Shown: positions 56,897 to 64,000 of the stretch, piece after piece
Layout: every line of letters starts with the position of its first letter
Position numbering within the stretch: position 1 is the stretch's first letter
From: Myxococcota bacterium
Lineage (GTDB): Bacteria; Myxococcota_A; UBA796; GCA-2862545
DNA length: 64,000 nt
Assembly: GCA_039208735.1 (NCBI GenBank)
Contig: JBCCQY010000025.1
Coordinates: forward strand, 4,784 to 68,783
Direction: 5' to 3'
The notes under the pieces: generated by a model
Seen by the model: the letters and a program-made list of their open reading frames with translations, nothing else
Database searches by the model: none
Told to the model about the DNA's origin: nothing
Program-made: the position numbers and the translations under genes

Positions 56897-56924
56897 CGCA
56901 ATCGAAAGAGGACGAGGAGAACAG

Positions 56925-57359
56925 ATGCAACACAGACTCGATCGGTGGCGTGAGATCGCGCGTGCGATGCTCACCGGCAACAAGCGTTCGCGTCGTCGGA
57001 ACCGGCGCGGGATGTCGCTCATCGAAGTGATGGTGGTCATTGCGATCATCCTCACGCTCACGAGCGTGCTCGCGATCGGCATCTTCGGCATCTTCGGCGA
57101 AGCGCAGGCCCAGACCACGGTGCTGACCATGGGCAAGGTCGACCAGCGCATTTCGCTGTACGTGCTCCGCAAGAAGTCGGCGCCCTCGTCGCTGTCCGAG
57201 GCCTTTGGTTCGGATGAGGTGCCGAAGGACGCTTGGGGCAACGACTTCATCTACGAGGCCAACGGCCGGAACTACGAGATTACCTCGCTCGGTTCCGATG
57301 GTGCGCCCGGCGGTACCGGCGATGCGACGGACCTCAAGTGGAGCGAGCAGAAGCAGTGA
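56925..57359 (+). CDS. gspG: Type II secretion major pseudopilin
   Basis: Prepilin motif RRG/MSLIEVMVVIAII. C-terminal DAWGNDFIY...SLGSDGAPGGTGDATD (GspG calcium-loop region). RBS GAGGAG. Confidence 0.9.
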   Translation: MQHRLDRWREIARAMLTGNKRSRRRNRRGMSLIEVMVVIAIILTLTSVLAIGIFGIFGEAQAQTTVLTMGKVDQRISLYVLRKKSAPSSLSEAFGSDEVPKDAWGNDFIYEANGRNYEITSLGSDGAPGGTGDATDLKWSEQKQ

Positions 57360-58093
57360 GCCGTCTTCGGGCCAGCCGACGCTCCCGTCACCTCCCGCGC
57401 CGCGGCATGTCGCTGCTCGAGGTCATGGTCGCGATTGCCGCCATGTTGCTGCTGTTCGCGGCGTTGGCTCCGTCGCTCTCAGGCTTTCTGGGCCTCGATG
57501 TGCAGTCGGCCGCGAGCAAGCTGGCCCACACCTACGGCCGCCTTCGCGATGAGGCGGTCATGCGGAACCTGACGTTCCGGATTGTGTACTACCCGAACGA
57601 GGGGCGCTACGTCGTCGAGCCCGGGGAACCCGGAGCCTTGATCTCTGCATCCCCTGAACGAAGGGAAGCCTACGAGGAAGAGGTCCGCAACAAACTGCGG
57701 AACATGAGCGAAGAAGAACAGGCCGAGTGGTACCGAACCCGAAAACAGCCGTTTGAATCCCGCAAGGGTGCGAACGGCTCGCTCGACGTAAAGCTGCCCT
57801 CGGGGGTCGCCATTGGCGGCGTCTACACTCCCCAGTACGGCGAGTACATTCGACCTGGCGACAAGGTCGGAGATGGGGATGAAGATGAACCTCTCCAGGT
57901 GTTTTCGTATGTGATGAATTCTGGCTTCACGGAACACACGCTCGTACAGATCGTGCAGATCAGCAACCCCGATGAGGGCTACACCATCGAGGTCGAACCC
58001 CTTTCGGGGGTGGTGATTTTGCATAACGAACTCGTCGAGATTCGTGACATTCGTGAGGATCTTCCACTTGAAGGACCGGATCTCCCGTTATGA
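57356..58093 (+). CDS. gspH: Minor pseudopilin (GspH position)
   Basis: GTG 57356 overlaps the gspG stop. Prepilin motif RRG/MSLLEVMVAIAAM. Assignment as H is by gene order. Confidence 0.7.
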   Translation: MSRLRASRRSRHLPRRGMSLLEVMVAIAAMLLLFAALAPSLSGFLGLDVQSAASKLAHTYGRLRDEAVMRNLTFRIVYYPNEGRYVVEPGEPGALISASPERREAYEEEVRNKLRNMSEEEQAEWYRTRKQPFESRKGANGSLDVKLPSGVAIGGVYTPQYGEYIRPGDKVGDGDEDEPLQVFSYVMNSGFTEHTLVQIVQISNPDEGYTIEVEPLSGVVILHNELVEIRDIREDLPLEGPDLPL

Positions 58094-58779
58094 CGACCAT
58101 TCGCTCCACCTCGCGACGGGGCTTTTCCCTACTCGAGGTGATGATCGCACTGTCGATCCTCACCGTGAGCCTCGTCATCCTGATCCAGACACAATCGATG
58201 GCCATGGTGCTCACGCAGGAAGCGGAGATGCGCATGACGGCCACCGACCTTGCGCAGCAGAAAATGACGGAGGCATTGCTCGAGATTGAGTCGGAAGGCT
58301 TCCAAGTGCGGGACGTCTACGAGCGCGGGGACTTTGCAGACTACGGTTCGGACGGTCTGAACGTGGACGTGGGCGACGAACTCGAGGCGTTCGAGTGGGA
58401 ATACTCAATCCGCGAAGTCGACATCACCATCGTGGGCGAGGCCGCGGAAAGCGCGGGCGACCTCGCGGAGGACGGTGATGAAGGCGGAGGACCACTGGGC
58501 GCGCTGTCTGGGTTGATCGGCGGCGGCGGGGAAGACGTTGGCAACCCGTTGGCCGGCGTGGGAGGCCAGCTCACCGAGGCCCTAGGGGCGTTTGGACTCG
58601 GTTCGAGCAGCATCGCGGAATTGTTGGGCCCGTTCGTACGTGAGGTGCGCGTCCGGGTGTGGTGGGGAGGCAGCATCGAAGAAGCCGAAGAGATCGGCAA
58701 CGAAGTCATTCTCACCACCCACATCTTCGACCCCTCGGGGGCAGCGACGGCTGAAACGCCGGGGCAGGCGCCACAATGA
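58090..58779 (+). CDS. gspI: Minor pseudopilin (GspI position) with acidic/Gly-rich insertion
   Basis: RRG/FSLLEVMIALSIL. About 100 aa longer than typical GspI owing to the AESAGDLAEDGDEGGGPLGALSGLIGGGGEDVG... segment. Confidence 0.7.
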   Translation: MTTIRSTSRRGFSLLEVMIALSILTVSLVILIQTQSMAMVLTQEAEMRMTATDLAQQKMTEALLEIESEGFQVRDVYERGDFADYGSDGLNVDVGDELEAFEWEYSIREVDITIVGEAAESAGDLAEDGDEGGGPLGALSGLIGGGGEDVGNPLAGVGGQLTEALGAFGLGSSSIAELLGPFVREVRVRVWWGGSIEEAEEIGNEVILTTHIFDPSGAATAETPGQAPQ

Positions 58780-59789
58780 GCCGGTTTTCCAACCGCCGCC
58801 GCGCTCGCCGTGGCATGACGCTGGCCGAGGTCATGGTCGCCACCGTGGTGCTCCTCGTGATGGCGATGATCATTGCGGAGTCACTCCGCAATTCCGTGAT
58901 CTTCGACCAGGAACTTTCCACCCGGGATCAGACGATTCGGACGGCCCGGGTGGTGATGAGCAAGCTCAAGCGGGATCTACAGCTCGCCTACCTCACGCCG
59001 CAGGACAACGGGGCGAATCTCGACCGGTACCGAACCGTGTTCGTGGGCTTCAACGACGAGCCTGACAAGCTGTTCTTCGCCTCACTGAACCACCAACGGA
59101 TGTACCTCGACACCCGCGAATCCGATCAGACGGAAATCACGGTCTGGTGCGAGCCTTCGAATGAAGGCGATGGCTACACGTTGTTCCACCGTGAAGGCCC
59201 TCGGATCGACGAAGAACCCGATGAACAAGGCACGATTTGGCCCTTGGCCTACAACGTGCGGTCCTTCTCGGTGCGCTACCTCGACCAGCAAGACGCCGAA
59301 TGGAAGGACGAGTGGGACACGCGGGCCTCCGATACGCCCTACCGGCTCCCTCGAGCGGTCGAGATTGCGTTGGTGCTCATTGCGCCCGACCCCGAAGACG
59401 AAGACGACACCATCGATGTGCCCTTCGTGACCCAGGTGATGCTGGAATGGGCGCCGCGTCTTCCCGCTGAAAACCCCGGCGGACTTGGGGCGGGGGGCAA
59501 TGGGCTTGCCTCCCGATTGGGGCAGGCGGCGGCGCAGAATAACGGGGGCACCAACATCTTCAATTCGGTGCAGTTCGGCAAGGGAGGCTACGCCGGCTCG
59601 GGCCGTCAAGGCCTCGCCATTCAAGCGGGTCAAGGTCCGTTTGCGGGCGCCCAGACCCAACGGGGCGGACGCGGCGGCAACGCACGGAACCAGCCGCGCC
59701 AGCCACCGGCAGGTTTTGGCCCAGGAGGTCGCCCACCGGTGCAAATGCCGCAGGGCCAGCCCCTCGGTGGCACTGTAGGAGGTCGATGA
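58776..59789 (+). CDS. gspJ: Minor pseudopilin (GspJ position) with ~105-aa Gly/Gln/Arg/Pro-rich C-terminal tail
   Basis: RRG/MTLAEVMVATVVL and a GspJ-like core (VRSFSVRYLD...LPRAVEIALVL). The tail from about residue 231 is low complexity. Confidence 0.72.
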   Translation: MSRFSNRRRARRGMTLAEVMVATVVLLVMAMIIAESLRNSVIFDQELSTRDQTIRTARVVMSKLKRDLQLAYLTPQDNGANLDRYRTVFVGFNDEPDKLFFASLNHQRMYLDTRESDQTEITVWCEPSNEGDGYTLFHREGPRIDEEPDEQGTIWPLAYNVRSFSVRYLDQQDAEWKDEWDTRASDTPYRLPRAVEIALVLIAPDPEDEDDTIDVPFVTQVMLEWAPRLPAENPGGLGAGGNGLASRLGQAAAQNNGGTNIFNSVQFGKGGYAGSGRQGLAIQAGQGPFAGAQTQRGGRGGNARNQPRQPPAGFGPGGRPPVQMPQGQPLGGTVGGR

Positions 59790-61078
59790 TGGCGCTCCGC
59801 AAGGTCCGATTGCAGGGTCGCCTGCAGGGTCTTTGGCATGAACTGGTGCGACCCCGGGGTCCGGTTCGTCACCGCTTCTACCGAGGCGGGCGACGGTCTC
59901 GGGCGGGCGTGGCGCTGCTCATGACGATCACCTCGGTCATGCTGATGTCGATCCTCGTCACCGAAATCGCCTACAGCGCCATCACACGGGCCCAGGTCGC
60001 AGCCCAGTACCGCGACGAAGTGGCGGCCGAGATGCTGGCCCGCAGCGGCCTGCAGTTCCACCACATGATTTTGATCGCCTCGCAGACCATCGGGGCCAAT
60101 CCGATGGTCCAGCAATACGCGCAGATGTTGGGCAGCAACGCCAACGAGCTGTGGCAGGCGATTCCGTTCATCGACACGCGTTTTTTGCGCATGGTGATCA
60201 TCGATTCGACGCCCAGCGAGTCCGATGTCGCCGCCGCCGCGGCGGCTGGGGGGCTCACCGACGAGCAAATCCAGGAGTCCCGCGAGGAAGGCAGTTCGCT
60301 CACCCGACGGTCGTTCCTCGACTTCGATGGGGACTTCAATTCGACGGTCCGCGATGTTGAGCGGCTCATCAACGTGCGTCAGATCCAAGCCACCACGCTC
60401 GGCGAGCTGTTGCAGACCCCCGCAGGGGCCCAGCTCAACGCCCTGTTCCTGCAGGAGCAGTACCAGGATTGGCTCAATGCCAACAACCTGGTGCGTGAGG
60501 AGCTGATTGCGAACCTCGCGGACTGGACCGACCCCGACGACACCCGCATCTTCCAGGGAGGCTCTGAAGATGCGTTGTACGACCGCGGTGATGAGGAGAC
60601 CCGCTACCGTTCGAAGAACGCGCCGTTCGATACCCGCGAAGAGATTCGATTGGTCGAAGGTTGGCACCTCGACGGCGTGTGGGAACGCGTCGGCCGTCAG
60701 CTCACGGTTTACGGCAGTGGCAAGGTCAATGTGAACACCGCCACCCGCCTCGGGCTGTTTGGCATTGTGCGGGCCTTTGCCGAGGGCGCGCCGAGTGACG
60801 ACACGATCTTTGAAGCCCTCGATGAGTTCCTCATGCTTCGGGGCACGCCCATGGCAGAGGGAGGGCTGTTCATCAACAGTCCCCAGGTCTTTACCCAGTT
60901 CTTCCAGACCCAGGGCATCACGCTGCGCCCTGAGGTCAACGATGCCATCACCAACCAATCGAAGGTCTTCCGCATCCGGTCCGTCGGAGAGGTGGGTGAT
61001 GCAAGGGCGGAGGCCGAAATGGTCGTCGATTTCACCAACGGTGGAGCGGGCCGAATCATTTACTGGAACATCCGCTGA
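59786..61078 (+). CDS. gspK: Type II secretion minor pseudopilin K
   Basis: TM GVALLMTITSVMLMSILV. GspK core (DWTDPDD...YRSKNAPFDTREEIRLVEGW...KVNVNTA). Confidence 0.85.
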   Translation: MMALRKVRLQGRLQGLWHELVRPRGPVRHRFYRGGRRSRAGVALLMTITSVMLMSILVTEIAYSAITRAQVAAQYRDEVAAEMLARSGLQFHHMILIASQTIGANPMVQQYAQMLGSNANELWQAIPFIDTRFLRMVIIDSTPSESDVAAAAAAGGLTDEQIQESREEGSSLTRRSFLDFDGDFNSTVRDVERLINVRQIQATTLGELLQTPAGAQLNALFLQEQYQDWLNANNLVREELIANLADWTDPDDTRIFQGGSEDALYDRGDEETRYRSKNAPFDTREEIRLVEGWHLDGVWERVGRQLTVYGSGKVNVNTATRLGLFGIVRAFAEGAPSDDTIFEALDEFLMLRGTPMAEGGLFINSPQVFTQFFQTQGITLRPEVNDAITNQSKVFRIRSVGEVGDARAEAEMVVDFTNGGAGRIIYWNIR

Positions 61079-61097
61079 TGCGCCGAGGAGCAACTGA

Positions 61098-62978
61098 ATG
61101 CCACGTCTGATCGCCGTCGACATCGGTTCTCACGCCGTCAAGGTGGCGAGCTACCGCATCAACGGCCGTGAAGTCCTGTTGGACGAGCGGTACCACCAGC
61201 TCGTTCCGCAGGGCGGTGCCGCACCCATGTTCGAGCAACGCCTTGCCGCGCTCGATGCCTTGCTCGACGACGTTCCAGCCCTGAAGCCCGACAGCGGCGA
61301 CTTGGTGCTGCTGGCCTTTCCGTCGTCACTTGCGACGTTCCGTTCGCTCAACTTGCCGTTCACCGACACGGCCCAGATCGAGAACACGCTGGCCTTTGAG
61401 GTCGAGTCCGAGGTTCCCTTCGACCTCGACGAGATGATCCTTGGATGGCGGATCGCCGAGCAGGGCCTAGGCAGCGACATTGTCACCGTCCTGGCGAAAC
61501 GCGACGACGTCCGAGAGTGGATCGACGCCATGCAGGAGAGGGGGCTCGATCCTGCCTCGGTCCATGTGGATGCCGATCTCTACGGACCTTGGGGTCGCCT
61601 GCGCCACGCTGCGCCCATCGACGTCGATGCCGAATCCCCCTCGTCGCCGCTCGTTGCGGTCCTCGACCTGGGGCACCTCCACACGACGATCAGCGTCATC
61701 AAGGGAGGAGTCGTTCGCACGTGCCGGTCCATCGGCATTGGGGGCTGGGTATTCACGCAGGCGATTGCCCAGGCCCTTGGATGTTCCTGGGAAGAGGCCG
61801 AAACGCTCAAGCACGGCGGGCCCGTTCCTGTGTCGACCGCCAACGTGGTGCCCGACATTCCAGGTCCCGCCGCATCGGTCAGCGATGATTCGCCCCACGA
61901 CGAAGACACCGATTGGGAAGACAGCGTCACCGAGATGCATCCGTCCCCCGAAGGCATTGAAGCGGAAGCCACGGTCACCGACATGCCCACGGTCCCCGAT
62001 CCGACCGATGATCTTGGCCCTCCCATCAAGACCGACGAGTCCGGCCTGTCGTTTGGGCTGGGGGCATCGTCGCTCCCGCCGCCCGCGCGGTCCGGGGTGG
62101 CGAACCTTCCGAAGGCGGCGCGGGAACAGCTAAACCATCGCTTCCAGCAGCTTCTCGGAGAGTTGCGATCGACCTTGATCCAGGTCGAAGACCAGCTGGG
62201 CGGGGGAATCGAAGAGATCCGGCTGACCGGGGGCTCGGCCCGCATCGCCGAATTGCGCGAACTCCTCGCCGAAGATCTGGGCGTCGAGGTGCGACTGGCC
62301 GAGGACCCGACGGGTGAAAACGCGTTTGGCCCGTTCAGCCTGTCGGCTGCGTTGGCCTCGACAAGCATTCCTGGCGCCAACAAGGCCATTGACCTGCGCG
62401 TGGGCGACCTCAAGTTCCGCGGGGGCACAAATCTGGTGCGGGCGGCGCTGACCTACGGCCTCGCCGGTGCGTTTTTCTTCTCGGTTGCGGCCACGGTGAT
62501 GTTCGCCTGGGAGTACATCAGCCTCTCGAACGACTTGGGCACCGCCGAAGACGCAGTGCGCGTCATCGTGGTCGAAGCGGCCGGTCCCGAGGGGGCAAGC
62601 CTAGGTGACATCGGCATGGACGACGCTCGAGCCTACATGGCAGGCGTCACCGAAGATGCTTCGCAGCTCGCCACCGTCGTGGGGGACGGCAAGGGGGTGC
62701 CGCCCACCATTGACACGCTCTACCAGCTCACCCAGAGCTTCCCCCCGCATCCCGACGTCACCGTTGAGGTCACCGACCTGACCATCAACCGTACGACGGT
62801 CCAATTCACGGCCGAGACCACAAACTTTGCCGCGAGTGCGTCCATCGAAGAGGCCCTTCGAGCCACCACGAAGTTCGCCAACGCGACCAAGGGTCAAGAG
62901 AACAAGCAGGGTTCGAAGAATCGATTCCCCATCACCATTCCGCTCGGCGCGGCTGAAGCGCCCGAGGACGAGGGCTAG
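61098..62978 (+). CDS. gspL: Type II secretion protein L (PilM/actin-like cytoplasmic domain, acidic linker, TM, periplasmic domain)
   Basis: MPRLIAVDIGSHAVKVA, LDLGHLHTTISV. TM around LTYGLAGAFFFSVAATVMFAW. Confidence 0.8.
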   Translation: MPRLIAVDIGSHAVKVASYRINGREVLLDERYHQLVPQGGAAPMFEQRLAALDALLDDVPALKPDSGDLVLLAFPSSLATFRSLNLPFTDTAQIENTLAFEVESEVPFDLDEMILGWRIAEQGLGSDIVTVLAKRDDVREWIDAMQERGLDPASVHVDADLYGPWGRLRHAAPIDVDAESPSSPLVAVLDLGHLHTTISVIKGGVVRTCRSIGIGGWVFTQAIAQALGCSWEEAETLKHGGPVPVSTANVVPDIPGPAASVSDDSPHDEDTDWEDSVTEMHPSPEGIEAEATVTDMPTVPDPTDDLGPPIKTDESGLSFGLGASSLPPPARSGVANLPKAAREQLNHRFQQLLGELRSTLIQVEDQLGGGIEEIRLTGGSARIAELRELLAEDLGVEVRLAEDPTGENAFGPFSLSAALASTSIPGANKAIDLRVGDLKFRGGTNLVRAALTYGLAGAFFFSVAATVMFAWEYISLSNDLGTAEDAVRVIVVEAAGPEGASLGDIGMDDARAYMAGVTEDASQLATVVGDGKGVPPTIDTLYQLTQSFPPHPDVTVEVTDLTINRTTVQFTAETTNFAASASIEEALRATTKFANATKGQENKQGSKNRFPITIPLGAAEAPEDEG

Positions 62979-62981
62979 ACC

Positions 62982-63566
62982 ATGGCGACGATCGAAGTCC
63001 AGACGGGCCCCCTTGCCGCGGTGGAGCGTCAGCTCGAGCTGCTTAGTCCTCGGGACCGCATTCTCCTCGTGGGACTAGTGCTCTTTGTGACGGCCTTGCT
63101 CGTCGGGGGCTACTGGTACCTGCTGTACGGGATGCTGGAAGGCCGTGCCGCCGACGTTCGCAACGCCAACGACACGCTCGTGGTGGTGCAGGGGCTCAAG
63201 ACCGAACTCGATGACCATCAAACGAGGTTTGCCGCCCAGGAAGATCGCATCCGAAACAACAGCAATCGGCCAGTCTCGGCCTGGATCGAGGAATTGGCCA
63301 ATCGCCATTCGCTGTCAGAGCAGCTTCGTAAGGTCGATGAGATGCAGAGCGAAAGCCTCTCCGACGAGATGTCGCGGACCCATTACAAGGTCGAAGTCCG
63401 GCGGGCTCCGCAGGAAGAGCTATATCGGTTCCTCTACGACCTCGAGACGAGTCCGTTTCCTGCGTCGGTCGCAGAAGCCAAGTTCAAAGTGATCTTCCGC
63501 AACAAGGAGAAGTTCATGGACCTGACTCTCGATCTCGAGGTCCTGAAACTCCAGGAGGCGGGATGA
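62982..63566 (+). CDS. gspM: Type II secretion protein M-like
   Basis: Single TM (ILLVGLVLFVTALLVGGYWYLLY), ~190 aa, position after gspL. Confidence 0.65.
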   Translation: MATIEVQTGPLAAVERQLELLSPRDRILLVGLVLFVTALLVGGYWYLLYGMLEGRAADVRNANDTLVVVQGLKTELDDHQTRFAAQEDRIRNNSNRPVSAWIEELANRHSLSEQLRKVDEMQSESLSDEMSRTHYKVEVRRAPQEELYRFLYDLETSPFPASVAEAKFKVIFRNKEKFMDLTLDLEVLKLQEAG

Positions 63567-64000
63567 ACCGTCAAAACCTCGTATTCGGGGCCGGCGTCGT
63601 CGTCTGGTCCATCCTGGTCTTTGCGGTCACGTTCTACCTGACGTTTCCGTCCGATGCGCTCGTGGCGCGCATCAAGGAGGAAGCGCCGAACGTCCTGGGG
63701 CCTGACTACGAGGTCGATCTTGCCTCCGCCGCGCCGTGGTGGGTGGGTTTGTCGATGACGGACGTGGCCGTCTCCCAGCGCGCGCGGAATTGGCGACGCG
63801 ACCCCGAGGCCGAAAGCTCGCTGGTCGCATTTGCGCCCAAAGCACGGGTTCGCACCTCGTTGTTCTCGTTGTTGACCCAGGCCCCGTCGGTGATCGGTGC
63901 GGTGACGTTGGGAGACGGACGTGTCGACTTCGATGTGACCACGAAATCCGGCGAGCGTCAGCTCGAGATCGCCACGCTCGAAGCGGTGGCGGACCAGCTG
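63563..64000 (+). CDS. gspN: Type II secretion protein N-like, 5' part (runs off the right edge)
   Basis: Own translation from ATG 63563 (ATGA overlap with gspM, RBS AGGAGG): MNRQNLVFGAGVVVWSILVFAVTFYLTFPSDALVARIKEE... Open to the window end. Not in the ORF track. Assignment is mainly by position. Confidence 0.55.
   Translation, partial: MNRQNLVFGAGVVVWSILVFAVTFYLTFPSDALVARIKEEAPNVLGPDYEVDLASAAPWWVGLSMTDVAVSQRARNWRRDPEAESSLVAFAPKARVRTSLFSLLTQAPSVIGAVTLGDGRVDFDVTTKSGERQLEIATLEAVADQL

Noticed and set aside
55151-57250. 699-aa ORF on the minus strand spanning gspE/gspF/gspG
   Set aside because: It lies antisense to three genes with unmistakable T2SS motifs. Its translation is Arg/His/Gly/Pro-rich with no motifs, which is the typical stop-codon-poor antisense frame of a GC-rich genome.
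59630-61123. 497-aa minus-strand ORF opposite gspK. Similar long antisense or off-frame ORFs occur at 53705-55144, 41320-42711, 27145-28560, 3290-4576, 32076-33461 (+), 35939-37291 (+), 29663-30958 (+), 23019-24182 and 51894-52874
   Set aside because: Each overlaps a gene with strong family signatures on the other strand or frame. All have Arg/Gly/His/Pro-biased, motif-free translations and no RBS context. They are treated as GC-content artefacts.

Overview
GC-rich, very tightly packed bacterial chromosomal segment with about 60 protein genes. I found no rRNA, tRNA, CRISPR array, transposase/integrase or recognisable defence system. The gene content (membrane Ser/Thr kinase, NtrC-like regulator, several two-component systems, an FG-GAP/ASPIC lipoprotein, a 12-gene gspC-N cluster) looks Myxococcota/deltaproteobacteria-like, but that is inference only.

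Blocks:
- (1) 1-12.8 kb: a carbon-monoxide dehydrogenase island. It holds a partial XdhC, sufS-sufU, coxM-coxS-coxL (CoxL carries the form-I AYRCSFR active-site loop), an XdhC-like gene, coxG, a SAM methyltransferase, a third XdhC, moeA, mobA-like, a moaB fusion and prs.
- (2) 12.8-28.6 kb: housekeeping and envelope genes (THUMP methyltransferase, glutaredoxin, FG-GAP/ASPIC lipoprotein, recN, 5-formyl-THF cyclo-ligase, a poly-Asp-repeat lipoprotein with an OmpR/HK pair, an atypical LuxR regulator, fpg, hydrolase-OsmC, rhodanese, an orphan LivK-like binding protein).
- (3) 28.7-33.5 kb: metY-metX-thrA operon on the minus strand.
- (4) 33.9-50.3 kb: CheY/PAS-kinase pair, mpl, GT2, Ser/Thr kinase, hslO, a triply degenerate NtrC-like protein in an operon with a repeat lipoprotein and a tandem-domain ComEA, GH3 beta-glucosidase, and a GPP34/GOLPH3 homologue.
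- (5) 50.4-64.0 kb: a complete type II secretion cluster gspCDEFGHIJKLM(N).

Most interesting observations:
- An exact sigma-54 -24/-12 promoter lies upstream of the T2SS operon, preceded by two 13-bp palindromic sites 40 bp apart.
- The form-I CODH operon is embedded in a dedicated SufS/SufU plus triple-XdhC plus Moco gene set, with no coxD/coxE in the window.
- A perfect 9-4-9 palindrome sits in front of coxM.
- The NtrC-like protein has lost the phospho-acceptor Asp, the Walker-A Lys and the GAFTGA loop.

I do not see a clear, self-contained, previously undescribed multi-gene system. The items above are the best candidates for follow-up. Many long ORFs in the supplied track are antisense or alternative-frame artefacts of the high GC content and were not called.
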